This document shows positions 18,831 to 29,439 of a stretch of 64,000 nucleotides of DNA, in pieces. Made by a program: the position numbers and the translations under genes. Positions within the stretch are counted from its first letter, which is position 1. The number at the start of each line of letters is the position of its first letter. The notes beneath the pieces were generated by a model, which worked only from the letters and a program-made list of their open reading frames with translations, was not told where the DNA came from and ran no database searches. Location: NCBI GenBank assembly GCA_944389745.1, contig CALXNM010000003.1:1464-65463 (forward strand), read 5' to 3'. This stretch comes from an uncultured Clostridia bacterium. GTDB taxonomy: Bacteria > Bacillota > Clostridia > TANB77 > CAG-508.

Positions 18831-20063
18831 ATGGATTTAAGTAAACCATTGGCATACAGAATGAGACCAAAAACATTGGAAGAATACGTTGGACAAGAAC
18901 ATATTTTAGGAAAAGACAAGATGTTATATAGAACAATTAAAGCAGATAGATTATCAAGTATAATACTTTGGGGACCTCCGGGATGTGGTAAAACATCTCT
19001 AGCTAGAGTAATAAGTAATACAACCAAATATAAGTTTACAAGAATAAATGCTGTAACATCTGGAATAGGTGATATAAAGCAGGCTATTGAAGATGCAAGT
19101 AATTTGCTTTTAAATCCTAGTGGTAAATGTATATTATTTATAGATGAGATACATAGATTTAATAAATTACAACAAGATGCACTTCTTCCATATGTAGAAA
19201 ATGGGACTGTAATTTTAATAGGTGCAACAACAGAAAATCCATATTTCGAAGTTAATAAGGCTTTAATATCAAGGTCTATGATTTGTAAGCTAAATCCTCT
19301 TACAGAAGATGATATATACAAAGTTTTAAAAAGGTCATTAGTTAGTGAAGAGGGGTTGGCAAGTTATAATATAAAAATAGAAGATGAAACTTTAAGAAAA
19401 ATAGCAGAGGTATCAAATGGAGATGTAAGAACTGCTTTAAATGGATTAGAAATAGCTGTACTTACAACTGAGATGGATAAAGATGGATATATACATATAA
19501 CAAATGAAATTGCAAAAGAGTGCGTACAGCAAAGAAAATCAGTGTTTGATAAAAACGGAGATAGTCATTATGATAATATTAGTGCATTTATAAAATCAAT
19601 GAGGGGAAGTGACCCTGATGCAGCAATATTCTACTTAGCAAGAGCGATTAACGGCGGAGAAGACCCTGTATTTATTGCAAGAAGAATAGTTATATGTGCA
19701 TCTGAAGATGTAGGTTTAGCAGATCCAAATGCATTAGTAGTAGCAACTTCAGCAATGCAAGCTGTTAATATGATAGGTATGCCAGAAGCTAGAATAATTC
19801 TATCAGAAGCGGCAACATATGTTGCATTAGCTCCTAAATCAAATGCAACATATATGGCAATAGATAAAGCTTTAAACGATGTAGAAACTAAAGATACTGG
19901 AGAAATTCCAATGCATATTAGAAATGCTCCTGCAGAAGGAATGAGTAATTTTGGTTATAAAGAAGGATATAAATATCCTCATAATTATCCAGGTCATTGG
20001 GTAGAACAACAATATTTACCTGACAAAATGCTGGGAACAAAATATTATGAAGAAGATAAATAA
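18831..20063 (+). CDS. rarA: Replication-associated recombination protein A (MgsA/RarA AAA+ ATPase)
   Basis: RPKTLEEYVGQEHILG, Walker A GPPGCGKTS, Walker B FIDEIHRFNK, C-terminal MgsA domain. Confidence 0.88.
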   Translation: MDLSKPLAYRMRPKTLEEYVGQEHILGKDKMLYRTIKADRLSSIILWGPPGCGKTSLARVISNTTKYKFTRINAVTSGIGDIKQAIEDASNLLLNPSGKCILFIDEIHRFNKLQQDALLPYVENGTVILIGATTENPYFEVNKALISRSMICKLNPLTEDDIYKVLKRSLVSEEGLASYNIKIEDETLRKIAEVSNGDVRTALNGLEIAVLTTEMDKDGYIHITNEIAKECVQQRKSVFDKNGDSHYDNISAFIKSMRGSDPDAAIFYLARAINGGEDPVFIARRIVICASEDVGLADPNALVVATSAMQAVNMIGMPEARIILSEAATYVALAPKSNATYMAIDKALNDVETKDTGEIPMHIRNAPAEGMSNFGYKEGYKYPHNYPGHWVEQQYLPDKMLGTKYYEEDK

Positions 20064-20064
20064 A

Positions 20065-20093
20065 ATGCCATTGGGGACAGACCCCGATGGCAT
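20065..20093. repeat. GGACAGACC-core hairpin, copy B
   Basis: atgccattgggg-ACAGA-ccccgatggcat, between convergent rarA and the SPFH gene. Confidence 0.8.
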
Positions 20094-21097
20094 TAGCCTT
20101 CTATTGTAACATTATTTGGATTTTCATTATTTGCATCAGTTATGTTATCAGCTATATTATCAGCAGCATCAACTATTTGATTTCTTTTTGCTCTTTTTTT
20201 ATTATCTGGTTTAAATACTTCTGCTGCAGCGCCTAAACTTGATAATGCACTAGTTGCTTCAAATGGAATAAATACTTTATTAGCTTCACCACTTGCAACT
20301 TCTTTTAAAGCTTCTAATGATTTTAATTGAACTAATTTTTCATCTGGTTTTGCATTCATAATAGCATCATATACTACATGAACTTCTTGAGCTTTTGCCT
20401 CAGCAACTTTCTTAATAGCTTCAGCTTCACCGGCTGCTCTTCTTATTCTTGCTTCTCTATCAGCTTCAGCTTCTAATATAGCAGCTTCTTTTTTACCTTC
20501 AGCAAGTGTGATTGCAGATTGTCTTTCACCTTCAGCTTGAAGGATTAAAGCTCTTTTATTTCTTTCTGCATTCATTTGTTTTTCCATTGCGTCTCTAATG
20601 TCTGCTGGTGGTGTAATATCTTTTATTTCAACTCTATCAATTTTACAACCCCATTGATCTGTTGCTTCATCAAGAATTACTCTTAATTTATCATTAATAG
20701 CATCACGAGAACTAAATGTTGAATCTAAGTCCATTTTACCAACAATATCACGAATTGTTGTAATTGCTAAGTATTCAATACCTTTTTTCAAATTTTGAAT
20801 TTCATAAACTGCTTTTGCAGGATCAGTTACTTTATAGAATACAACTGTATCTATTGTAATAGTAACATTATCTTTTGTGATAACACCTTGTGGTGGTATA
20901 TCCATTGTTTGTTGTTTTAAACTAACTACACTACGAACATGATCAATAAATGGAATAATAATTGTAAGACCTGCGTCAGCTATTTTATAGAATTTACCTA
21001 ATCTTTCTATAATATATACTTCAGCTTGTTTTACTATTTTGATTGTCTTAAATGCAATAATAAGTATTAATATTAATAATACAACAAAAAACCACAT
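20093..21097 (-). CDS. SPFH/Band-7 (stomatin-like) membrane protein
   Basis: N-terminal TM, SPFH core, Ala/Glu-rich coiled coil. Confidence 0.88.
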   Translation of the reverse strand: MWFFVVLLILILIIAFKTIKIVKQAEVYIIERLGKFYKIADAGLTIIIPFIDHVRSVVSLKQQTMDIPPQGVITKDNVTITIDTVVFYKVTDPAKAVYEIQNLKKGIEYLAITTIRDIVGKMDLDSTFSSRDAINDKLRVILDEATDQWGCKIDRVEIKDITPPADIRDAMEKQMNAERNKRALILQAEGERQSAITLAEGKKEAAILEAEADREARIRRAAGEAEAIKKVAEAKAQEVHVVYDAIMNAKPDEKLVQLKSLEALKEVASGEANKVFIPFEATSALSSLGAAAEVFKPDNKKRAKRNQIVDAADNIADNITDANNENPNNVTIEG

Positions 21098-21183
21098 ACA
21101 AAATCCTCCTAAATTATTATATTTTATTTAATATATATTTTATTATATTTATTAAAATTAAAATCAATACTAATAAAATTTAA

Positions 21184-21642
21184 TTACATAGTGGCATTTA
21201 CTTCTTCTGCTACATCTGAAGAAAGTTTTACTACAGCTCTAACACCATCTATTTCTACTATTTCAACTTCTGCATTTTTTGGAATGTCTTCATCATTATA
21301 AGATTTTGCAGACCATACATCACCATCAATTTTTATTTGTCCAGTTCCTTCAATATTATTTATTGGAACTATAACCATTGCTTTTTTACCAATAATTGAA
21401 TAAGCATTTGTTTTTACTTCTTTTGGTATTTTAACAAATTTATTTACAAGTGGTTTTGTAAATATTATAAGTATTGTTGATGATATTAAAAATACAGCAA
21501 ACTGAATTGCTAAATTACTTGTTATAAAACTTGTTATCATTGCTAAAAGAGCTCCGATACCAAGCCAGAATACTAAAAATCCAACTGTTGCCATTTCAAC
21601 TACGAAAAATACACCAGCAGCAATTAGCCATAAAACCCACAT
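21184..21642 (-). CDS. NfeD-family membrane protein
   Basis: Three TM segments and a C-terminal OB-like domain (GQIKIDGDVWSAKS). Classic partner upstream of an SPFH gene. Confidence 0.85.
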   Translation of the reverse strand: MWVLWLIAAGVFFVVEMATVGFLVFWLGIGALLAMITSFITSNLAIQFAVFLISSTILIIFTKPLVNKFVKIPKEVKTNAYSIIGKKAMVIVPINNIEGTGQIKIDGDVWSAKSYNDEDIPKNAEVEIVEIDGVRAVVKLSSDVAEEVNATM

Positions 21643-21865
21643 AATAACCTCCAAATTATTTAAAAATAAAAAAATTCACTACATATACTATTATACTATA
21701 AATTACATAAAATTGGAAGAGAAAAAGCAAAAAAACTAAAAATAAACATAAAAACTTGTAAAAATATAGCCTTTTTGATAAAATAACACAAAACAAAGAT
21801 TTGTATTGTAATAAAAAATTAATTGAAAAATAATATATTTAAATATATTAATAAGTGGAGGAATT

Positions 21866-23917
21866 ATGATAGATTTAAAACAAAGTGTACAATATGTAAA
21901 AGGTGTAGGTCCAAATAATGTACTACTTTTACAAAAACTTGGAATTAATACATTAGAAGATTTAATTACATTTTTTCCAAGAAATTATGAGGATAGAAGT
22001 AAACCAAAAAAGATATATGAATTAGTAGATGGTGAAGAAGCTTTAATAGATGTTGTGTGTGCAAGTAAAGTAAGTGAAGTAAGGTTTGCAAGAAATAAAG
22101 TAATGCTAAAGATGCTAGTTCGAGATGATACAGGAGATTGTGTTATAACATGGTTTAATCAAACATATGTGAAAAATCAATTTAAAATTGGAGAGAGATA
22201 CCAATTCTATGGAAAAATAAGTATAAAATATGGAAGAGTAGAAATGACAAAACCAGTTTTTGACAAAGAAGGGCTTAATAAAAATACTGGTAAAATAATT
22301 CCAATATATCCATTAACATATAAATTATCACAAAATAAAATAAGGTCGATTATAGAAAATGGATTAAAACTAATATCAGATAAATTAGAAGAAACTATAC
22401 CAGAATATATTTTAAAACAATATAATTTAATGGATTTAAATACAGCTATAAAGAAAATTCATTTCCCAGATAGTTTTGAAACATATAATAAAGCAAGGAC
22501 AAGATTTGTTTTTGAGGAATTGCTAACAGTTCAACTTGCTCTTTCTAGTTTAAAGTCTAGATATGATAAAGAAGTTGATGGGATTAAATTTGATAAAAAT
22601 GTAAAAATGTCAGATGTAATAAATTCACTTCCATTTAAACTAACAAAAGCACAGTTAAGAGTACTAGAAGATATTGATAATGATATGGAAAATATAAAAC
22701 CTATGAATAGGCTTCTTCAAGGGGATGTTGGCTCAGGTAAAACTATAGTTTCAATAATTGCTGCATATAAAGCTGCAAAAAGTGGATATCAAACAGCAAT
22801 AATGGCTCCAACTGCGATTTTAGCAGAGCAACATATGCAAGAATTTTCTAAAGTTTTAGAGCAATTTGGAATAAGATGTGAGCTATTACTTGGAGGAATG
22901 AGAGTAAAAAAGAGAAGAGAAGTTCTAGAAGATTTAAAAAATGGAAAAATAGATGTTTTAATAGGAACTCATGCCCTTTTAGTTGAAGATGTAGAATTTA
23001 GTAAACTAGGATTAGTAGTTACTGATGAACAACATAGATTTGGAGTAAGACAAAGAGCAAATATTGTAGGAAAAGGAATGAATCCAGATGTATTAGTTAT
23101 GACTGCAACCCCAATTCCTAGAACACTTGCTTTAATACTTTATGGAGACCTAGACATTTCAATTATAGATGAACTTCCACCAAATAGAAAGAAAATAGAA
23201 ACATATCCTGTAACTAAAAATATGGAAACTAGAGTACAAGAATTTATTCGTAAGAATGTTTTAGAAGGAAGACAAGCATATGTTGTATGTCCATTAGTTG
23301 AAGAAAATGAGGAATTTGAAAATTATAAATCTGTAATAGAACTTGCAGAAAAATATCAGACTACAATATTCCCAGAATTCAGGGTAGAATATTTGCATGG
23401 AAAAATGAAACAAAAAGAAAAAGACGAAATAATGCAAGAATTTAAAGATGGGAAAATTCAAATATTAGTATCTACAACAGTTATAGAAGTTGGAGTTAAT
23501 GTGCCAAATGCAAATATAATGGTAGTTGAAAATGCAGAACATTTTGGATTAGCACAACTTCATCAATTAAGAGGAAGAGTAGGAAGAGGAGAATATCAAT
23601 CATATTGTATTTTAATTTATGAAGGAAATTCAAAAACAACAAAAGAAAGAATGAAAATAATGAAAGAAACAGATAATGGATTTATAGTTGCAGAAAAAGA
23701 CTTAGAGCTACGTGGCTCAGGAGAATTCTTTGGAACAAGACAACATGGACTTCCAGAATTTAAAATAGCGAACTTATTTGAAGATGTAGGAACATTAAAA
23801 GAAGTTCAAAAACTAACTTTAAAAATAGAAGAAACTGATCCAAGACTAGAAAAAGAAGAAAATGAGAAATTACATAAATTAGTAGAAGAAAAGTTTTCTA
23901 ATAGAATAAGCATATAG
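21866..23917 (+). CDS. recG: ATP-dependent DNA helicase RecG
   Basis: GDVGSGKT, DEQHRFG, TATPIPRT, QLRGRVGRG. Confidence 0.95.
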   Translation: MIDLKQSVQYVKGVGPNNVLLLQKLGINTLEDLITFFPRNYEDRSKPKKIYELVDGEEALIDVVCASKVSEVRFARNKVMLKMLVRDDTGDCVITWFNQTYVKNQFKIGERYQFYGKISIKYGRVEMTKPVFDKEGLNKNTGKIIPIYPLTYKLSQNKIRSIIENGLKLISDKLEETIPEYILKQYNLMDLNTAIKKIHFPDSFETYNKARTRFVFEELLTVQLALSSLKSRYDKEVDGIKFDKNVKMSDVINSLPFKLTKAQLRVLEDIDNDMENIKPMNRLLQGDVGSGKTIVSIIAAYKAAKSGYQTAIMAPTAILAEQHMQEFSKVLEQFGIRCELLLGGMRVKKRREVLEDLKNGKIDVLIGTHALLVEDVEFSKLGLVVTDEQHRFGVRQRANIVGKGMNPDVLVMTATPIPRTLALILYGDLDISIIDELPPNRKKIETYPVTKNMETRVQEFIRKNVLEGRQAYVVCPLVEENEEFENYKSVIELAEKYQTTIFPEFRVEYLHGKMKQKEKDEIMQEFKDGKIQILVSTTVIEVGVNVPNANIMVVENAEHFGLAQLHQLRGRVGRGEYQSYCILIYEGNSKTTKERMKIMKETDNGFIVAEKDLELRGSGEFFGTRQHGLPEFKIANLFEDVGTLKEVQKLTLKIEETDPRLEKEENEKLHKLVEEKFSNRISI

Positions 23918-23965
23918 AAATTTATATATAAATTTTCCATAAAATTGTTAAACGAGGAGGAGAAG

Positions 23966-24586
23966 ATGAGTAGAAAGATTTGGAAAGCTGGTACATTTAT
24001 ATATCCATTACCAGCAGTTATGGTGTCTTGTGGTACTATGGAAAAATCTAATATTATGACAGTTGCTTGGACTGGAATTATAAATACTAATCCGGCAATG
24101 TGCTATATTTCAGTTAGACCTGAAAGATATTCATACAATTTAATTAAAGAAAAAGGTGAGTTTGTAATTAATCTTACAAATGAAAAATTAGCTTATACAA
24201 CAGATTGGTGTGGAGTAAAAACTGGGGCTAAAGTTGATAAGTTCAAAGAAATGAATTTAACTAAAGAAAAAGCAGAGTTTGTAAAATGTCCATTAATAAA
24301 AGAAAGTCCTGTTAGTATAGAATGTAAAGTGAAAGAAATTAGAGAACTTGGAAGTCATCATATGTTTATTGCGGAGGTTTTATCAATAGATGCAGATGAA
24401 AAATACATAGATGATAATGGTGCATTTGATATATCTAAATGTAATTTGATTGCTTATTCAAATGGTCATTATTATAGTTTGGGTAGGAAGATTGGAAGAT
24501 TTGGATTTTCTGTTCAAAAGAAAAAGAATTCAAGAGGGGGTAAAATAAAAAAAGGCAGAAGAACAAAAGATAATAAAAAGTGGTAA
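23966..24586 (+). CDS. Flavin reductase-like (FMN-binding split-barrel) protein with a Lys/Arg-rich tail
   Basis: PLPAVMVSCG...NIMTVAWTG motif. Start at the Met after gaggaggag. Confidence 0.75.
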   Translation: MSRKIWKAGTFIYPLPAVMVSCGTMEKSNIMTVAWTGIINTNPAMCYISVRPERYSYNLIKEKGEFVINLTNEKLAYTTDWCGVKTGAKVDKFKEMNLTKEKAEFVKCPLIKESPVSIECKVKEIRELGSHHMFIAEVLSIDADEKYIDDNGAFDISKCNLIAYSNGHYYSLGRKIGRFGFSVQKKKNSRGGKIKKGRRTKDNKKW

Positions 24587-24720
24587 AAAGTGCTAAAAGA
24601 GATGCGAGAAATAAAACATTTCGCATCTCCTTTTACTTGACAAAATGGCAAAAAGAGAGTAAAGTATAAGTGGAACATGTTGGCGAATTCTTGTTTTTTA
24701 AGTAGAAAGGAAGATGCAAG

Positions 24721-26208
24721 ATGATCTATGTTCCGGACAAAATGAAAGGGCGGACAGGGTATCTCGCTGTGGTAGACAGGTTCTGCCGAGTTGGCGAGCC
24801 GCCAGAGTCAACGGAGGGACGCAAGAATAAGGAATGGAATGATTCCGTTCCTGACTGGCAACCGGATAATGACGGAGAATTCAGGAATCGATACTTCTAC
24901 GGGGGGAACCTCAAAGGGGTAGCCAGTAAAATCGACTATTTCGATAAATTGGGTGTGGACATCGTGTTTTTGAGTCCGATTTCTCGGACCAATTCCTACC
25001 ACCACTATGATGTACATGATCAAAGGGTGCTCGATCCATACATTGGCGATTGGGACGATTTCACCATGCTTGCGGACAAGCTTCATGAGAGGGGCATGCT
25101 ACTTGGCGTTGACCTTGTGTTCAATCACAGGGCTGCTGATAGCGAGTTCTTCCAGAGGGCTCTTGCAGGCGATGAGCAGTACAAGCAGTGGTTCATGTGG
25201 GATGCAAATGGTTCACCCATGTTCTGGTACGAGTTCACTGAATTGCCTCAATGTGACAAAATGAATCCTTCCTATCAGAAGTTCTGTTGCAAAGAGGCTG
25301 AGCTCTACGTTCGAAAAGGTGCTGACGTAATCAGGCTTGATCTGGGAGAAACATTCCCTAAGAAGTTCCTGAAGAAAATCGGTACCACTGTTAGAGAGGT
25401 TAATCCTGACGTTGTTGTCGCTAGTGAGATGTGGAGCTTTGCTCTGAAAAGAGAGAATCCGCAGATTTACGACTCGCAGGTTGACAGCGTGATGAACTAT
25501 CCTCTGACAGATGCTATTCTGAGGTGGGTAAGGTATGGAAACTACCTCCATCTTAATGCTTGCATGAACAACCTTGCTAAATATCCTGTGCAAGTTCATG
25601 ACGTGCTCTTGAACTATCTGAGCACACATGACACTCCTCGTGAGAGGAATATGCTTGCAGGTGAAGCAATGGTTGAAGATCCATTCTCCGGGTTCATTTG
25701 GGATATTGAAGCGCGGTGGAGGACACCGCACGGATTTCCAACTTATGAATTCAGAAAATGGGAATTCGAGCATGATGGCATACTCGATCCTAAGGTGGAC
25801 AAGCTGCATAAGCTGGCAAGTCTGATACAATACCTGATGAAAGGTATTCCTGTAATCTACTATGGCTCTGAAGCTGGTGTGTGTGGATACAAGGATCCGT
25901 TCTGTAGGAAACCATACCCTTGGGGCATGGAGAACACGGAAATCCTGAACTACTATATCGGACTTGGAACTATGAGGACATCTAACAAAGATGTTTTGGC
26001 TACAGGGGATCTGTACACGAACGCAACAAGTGATGTGCTTGAAATCGTTAGACGAAACGCAGACGGAATTATTGTTGCGTACATCAACAGGTCTGAGACG
26101 TATCAGAGAATTGATGCACTCTATCCGAATGCGAAGGAAATCTTCTCTTTGGAAGAGAGCAGCTCAACAACTCTTGCACCATACGGTGCATATGTTTGCC
26201 GTTTCTAG
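24721..26208 (+). CDS. Glycoside hydrolase family 13 (alpha-amylase-family; neopullulanase/maltodextrinase-like), cytoplasmic
   Basis: GH13 regions I-IV are all present: DLVFNH, IRLDLGE, ASEMW, YLSTHDT. No signal peptide. Confidence 0.85.
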   Translation: MIYVPDKMKGRTGYLAVVDRFCRVGEPPESTEGRKNKEWNDSVPDWQPDNDGEFRNRYFYGGNLKGVASKIDYFDKLGVDIVFLSPISRTNSYHHYDVHDQRVLDPYIGDWDDFTMLADKLHERGMLLGVDLVFNHRAADSEFFQRALAGDEQYKQWFMWDANGSPMFWYEFTELPQCDKMNPSYQKFCCKEAELYVRKGADVIRLDLGETFPKKFLKKIGTTVREVNPDVVVASEMWSFALKRENPQIYDSQVDSVMNYPLTDAILRWVRYGNYLHLNACMNNLAKYPVQVHDVLLNYLSTHDTPRERNMLAGEAMVEDPFSGFIWDIEARWRTPHGFPTYEFRKWEFEHDGILDPKVDKLHKLASLIQYLMKGIPVIYYGSEAGVCGYKDPFCRKPYPWGMENTEILNYYIGLGTMRTSNKDVLATGDLYTNATSDVLEIVRRNADGIIVAYINRSETYQRIDALYPNAKEIFSLEESSSTTLAPYGAYVCRF

Positions 26209-26221
26209 AGAAAGGAGCATG

Positions 26222-26250
26222 AAAGGCGGGGACTTCTTGTCCCTGCCTTT
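26222..26250 (+). terminator. GC-rich hairpin terminator of the GH13 cassette
   Basis: aaaggcgggga/tccctgccttt. Confidence 0.6.
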
Positions 26251-26384
26251 TCATGTAATGGGAAATTTCTCATTTCCTATTACATGAAAATGAAAAATTG
26301 CTTAAAACTATTGACATTTACATAAAAACACAATATTATATATATGAAAAAAAGTAGAATTTTGTAGAATAGGAGAGAACATAG

Positions 26385-27257
26385 ATGTATACTAAAATGC
26401 TAACCTCAAAAATGGGTGGAGAGCTTGTAAGCTTTAAATTAGATGGCATAGAGAAAATCCACCAAGGATTAGAATGTGTAGACGAAAATGGAAAAGTGTA
26501 TTGGAAAAGACATTCACCAGTATTATTTCCAGTAGTAGGTAAGCTAAAGAAAAATCAAACAATCATAAATGGTAGAATATATGAAATGCCTCAACATGGT
26601 TTTGCAAGAGACTTCGAGTTTGAGCCAATTACAAAATTAGACAATTTTCATTCATATGTTTTAAGAAGTAATAAAATTACTAAAAACAAATACCCATATG
26701 ATTTTGAGTTATATACAACATATAGATTAGATGAAAACAAACTAACAACTATATACAAAGTTATAAATACAGGAGATGTTACTCTTCCATTTGGAATAGG
26801 CGGACACCCTGCTTTCAAGATAGATCAGGGAGATTTAAAAAAGGGAAATTATTATTTGGAATTTGAAGAAGACGAAGATAAAATCCACTTCCTATATTTA
26901 GTTGATGGATTAGTTGGAACAGAATATGCAAGAAATAATATGCTAGATAAGAGAAGAATTGCTATAGGAATGGATACTTTTAATAATGATGCCTTAATAA
27001 TGAAGGGAATAACATCAAATAAAATTAGTTTGAAAAATAAAGAAAGTGGAAAAACATTACTTACAATGGACTTTACTGGATTCCCATATTTGGCAATATG
27101 GTCAAAACCTGGAGCGCCATTTATCTGTATAGAACCATGGTACTCTACAGCAGATACAATTCAAAGTACGGGTGTGTTTATACAAAAACCTGATATTATA
27201 GCATTAAAACCTAACGAAACATTTGAATGCAAATATACGGTAGAATTCTTTAATTAA
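26385..27257 (+). CDS. Aldose 1-epimerase family protein (LacX-like)
   Basis: FGIGGHPAF, PFICIEPW motifs. Confidence 0.8.
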   Translation: MYTKMLTSKMGGELVSFKLDGIEKIHQGLECVDENGKVYWKRHSPVLFPVVGKLKKNQTIINGRIYEMPQHGFARDFEFEPITKLDNFHSYVLRSNKITKNKYPYDFELYTTYRLDENKLTTIYKVINTGDVTLPFGIGGHPAFKIDQGDLKKGNYYLEFEEDEDKIHFLYLVDGLVGTEYARNNMLDKRRIAIGMDTFNNDALIMKGITSNKISLKNKESGKTLLTMDFTGFPYLAIWSKPGAPFICIEPWYSTADTIQSTGVFIQKPDIIALKPNETFECKYTVEFFN

Positions 27258-27270
27258 AGGAATGATAATT

Positions 27271-27453
27271 ATGGATATGGTGATAAATATTATAGCTAGT
27301 CTTATGGCTTTAGGTGGAGTAGTAATGATATATGACGCTAGAGCCATAACAAAGAAAATGTTTGGATTTGGAGACCAAAACCAAGCAGCGTGGGGTCTTA
27401 AAATATTAGGCTTTATAATTGCAATTATAGGAGCTTTGATAGTATATTTTTAG
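27271..27453 (+). CDS. Small two-TM membrane protein
   Basis: Hydrophobic 60-aa ORF 14 nt after the epimerase stop. Confidence 0.5.
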   Translation: MDMVINIIASLMALGGVVMIYDARAITKKMFGFGDQNQAAWGLKILGFIIAIIGALIVYF

Positions 27454-27646
27454 AAAAATGAATAACTAACTAAATTATGGACAAGATAAACATATTTTAA
27501 AATTTATAAATACTATATAAAAAAATATGTTTCTCTTGTTCATTTTAGTTTTTTATGATATAGTGATACTTGAAAACAGTAATAGTAATAAACTAGCAAG
27601 AAAAAATAATAAGAGAACTAAAAAATAGGATAAATAGGAGATAAAG

Positions 27647-29356
27647 ATGTCAAGAAGAGGTAAAAGAGAAGCAGAAAAAGTAAAAAGCAAGATTTTTAGT
27701 AAAATAATAATAGTTGCAATATTTTTAGGATTAGTTTTTTTTGTTTTAAAAATAGCGCCAAATTATGTTAATACAGAGATTGCAGATAAAACAAATTTAG
27801 TAATTAATAATACAAATGTTACAGATGTATTAAAAAACGATGTAATAATTGAAAATGGGGTTATATATATTTCAGAAGATGATATACAAAATTTCTTTGA
27901 CCCACATATATATTATGATGAAAAATATAATCAAGTTATAACAACATCAGCAAACCAAATAGCAAGCATTATAATTGGAGAAAATGCAATGACTAATAAT
28001 GGAAATAAAGAAAGTATATCTGGAACTGTTATAGAAAGAAATAATACAAGATATATACCGTTTTCAAGTTTAAAAAATGTGTATAATGTGGAAATAAATT
28101 ATATAAATTCGTCAGATACAATTACAGTTGATTCTTTAGATGAAAAATATGTAACTGCAAATAGTACAGAAGATAACGTGATAAAATCGGATCCAACTTA
28201 TTTTTCAAGAGTTGTTGATACATTAAACTCTGGAGAAAAAGTAACTATAGTTCAAGATGATAACAATGTAAACTATCAAATTGGTGATTGGGTAGAAGTA
28301 AGAACTGATGCTGGAAAACTTGGATATATAAAATATGAAGATTTATCAAATGAGACAGTAAAAAGAGAGAAAATAGAAGAAAACAAACAAATAGAAGGCA
28401 AAGTAAGTATGGTTTGGGATTATTTTACTGAATATGCATATCCTCCAGATAGATCAGGTACAGACATACAAGGAATAAATGTAATAAGCCCAACATTCTT
28501 TACATTAGTAGATGAAGGACAGGGAAAAATAAATCAAAATGTTGGAGAAGAAGGAAAGAAATATATCGAATGGGCTCATTCAAATGGTTATAAAGTATGG
28601 CCTAGTTTGTCAAATAATTCATATATAGGAACAACTTCTGAAATTATGCATGATTACAATTTAAGACAACAGTTAATCAACAATATAATTAGTTTAGTAA
28701 AAGAATATAATTTAGATGGAATTAATATTGATTTTGAATACATGTATGAAGAGGATAAAGATTTATTCTCAAGATTTATAATAGAACTTGAACCACGATT
28801 ACATGAATTAGGGGCTATATTATCAGTTGATGTTACAGCGCCAGATGGAAGTCCAGAATGGTCATTATGTTATGATAGATATACAATTGGACAAGTTGCA
28901 GATTATATCGTGTTTATGGGGTATGACCAAAATGGAGCTTATTCTGAAGAGGAAGGAACAAACGCAGGATATGATTGGGTAGAAGCTAATATTGAAAAAT
29001 TCTTAGGACAAGAAGAAGTAGATTCAGATAAACTAATTCTTGGAGTACCATTTTACGTTAGAGTATGGAAAGAAAAAGATGGTGCAACAACAAATTCTGC
29101 AGTTAATATGAATAAACTAGACGAGATAGTTCCAGATAATGCAAAAAAAGTATGGGTTGATAGGTTAAAACAATATTATATTGAATATGAAAAAGATGGT
29201 ACCATATATAAACTTTGGTCAGAAGATGAAGAATCAATTAAAGCTAAATTATCATTAATTCAAAAATATAATTTGGCAGGTGCTTCATTTTGGGCTAAGG
29301 ATAGAGAAACACCTTCTATATGGAGTGTTATATCACAATCTTTAGGAGTAGAATAA
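27647..29356 (+). CDS. GH18 family glycosyl hydrolase (spore peptidoglycan hydrolase YaaH/SleL-like) with N-terminal anchor, stalk and SH3-like domains
   Basis: LDGINIDFEYM GH18 catalytic block. N-terminal TM. Confidence 0.75.
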   Translation: MSRRGKREAEKVKSKIFSKIIIVAIFLGLVFFVLKIAPNYVNTEIADKTNLVINNTNVTDVLKNDVIIENGVIYISEDDIQNFFDPHIYYDEKYNQVITTSANQIASIIIGENAMTNNGNKESISGTVIERNNTRYIPFSSLKNVYNVEINYINSSDTITVDSLDEKYVTANSTEDNVIKSDPTYFSRVVDTLNSGEKVTIVQDDNNVNYQIGDWVEVRTDAGKLGYIKYEDLSNETVKREKIEENKQIEGKVSMVWDYFTEYAYPPDRSGTDIQGINVISPTFFTLVDEGQGKINQNVGEEGKKYIEWAHSNGYKVWPSLSNNSYIGTTSEIMHDYNLRQQLINNIISLVKEYNLDGINIDFEYMYEEDKDLFSRFIIELEPRLHELGAILSVDVTAPDGSPEWSLCYDRYTIGQVADYIVFMGYDQNGAYSEEEGTNAGYDWVEANIEKFLGQEEVDSDKLILGVPFYVRVWKEKDGATTNSAVNMNKLDEIVPDNAKKVWVDRLKQYYIEYEKDGTIYKLWSEDEESIKAKLSLIQKYNLAGASFWAKDRETPSIWSVISQSLGVE

Positions 29357-29439
29357 AATATATAAATAAATGTAATAAAAATAAAATCACCTAAATATAA
29401 TTTAAGACAAGATATCTTAAATAAATTTAGGTGATTTTT

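Larger units (their letters stand above)
24700..26260. other. Compositional island 1 (about 50% GC single-gene cassette)
   Basis: Hand counts: lines at 24721 and 25081 are 50-52% GC, versus about 23% at 27001. Confidence 0.85.

Noticed and set aside
24808-26287. Multiple overlapping ORFs on both strands inside the GH13 region (24808-25086, 25007-25264, 25213-25830, 25628-25825, 25991-26287).
   Set aside because: The high GC of the foreign segment removes stop codons in all frames. Only the 24721-26208 frame has GH13 motifs and an RBS.
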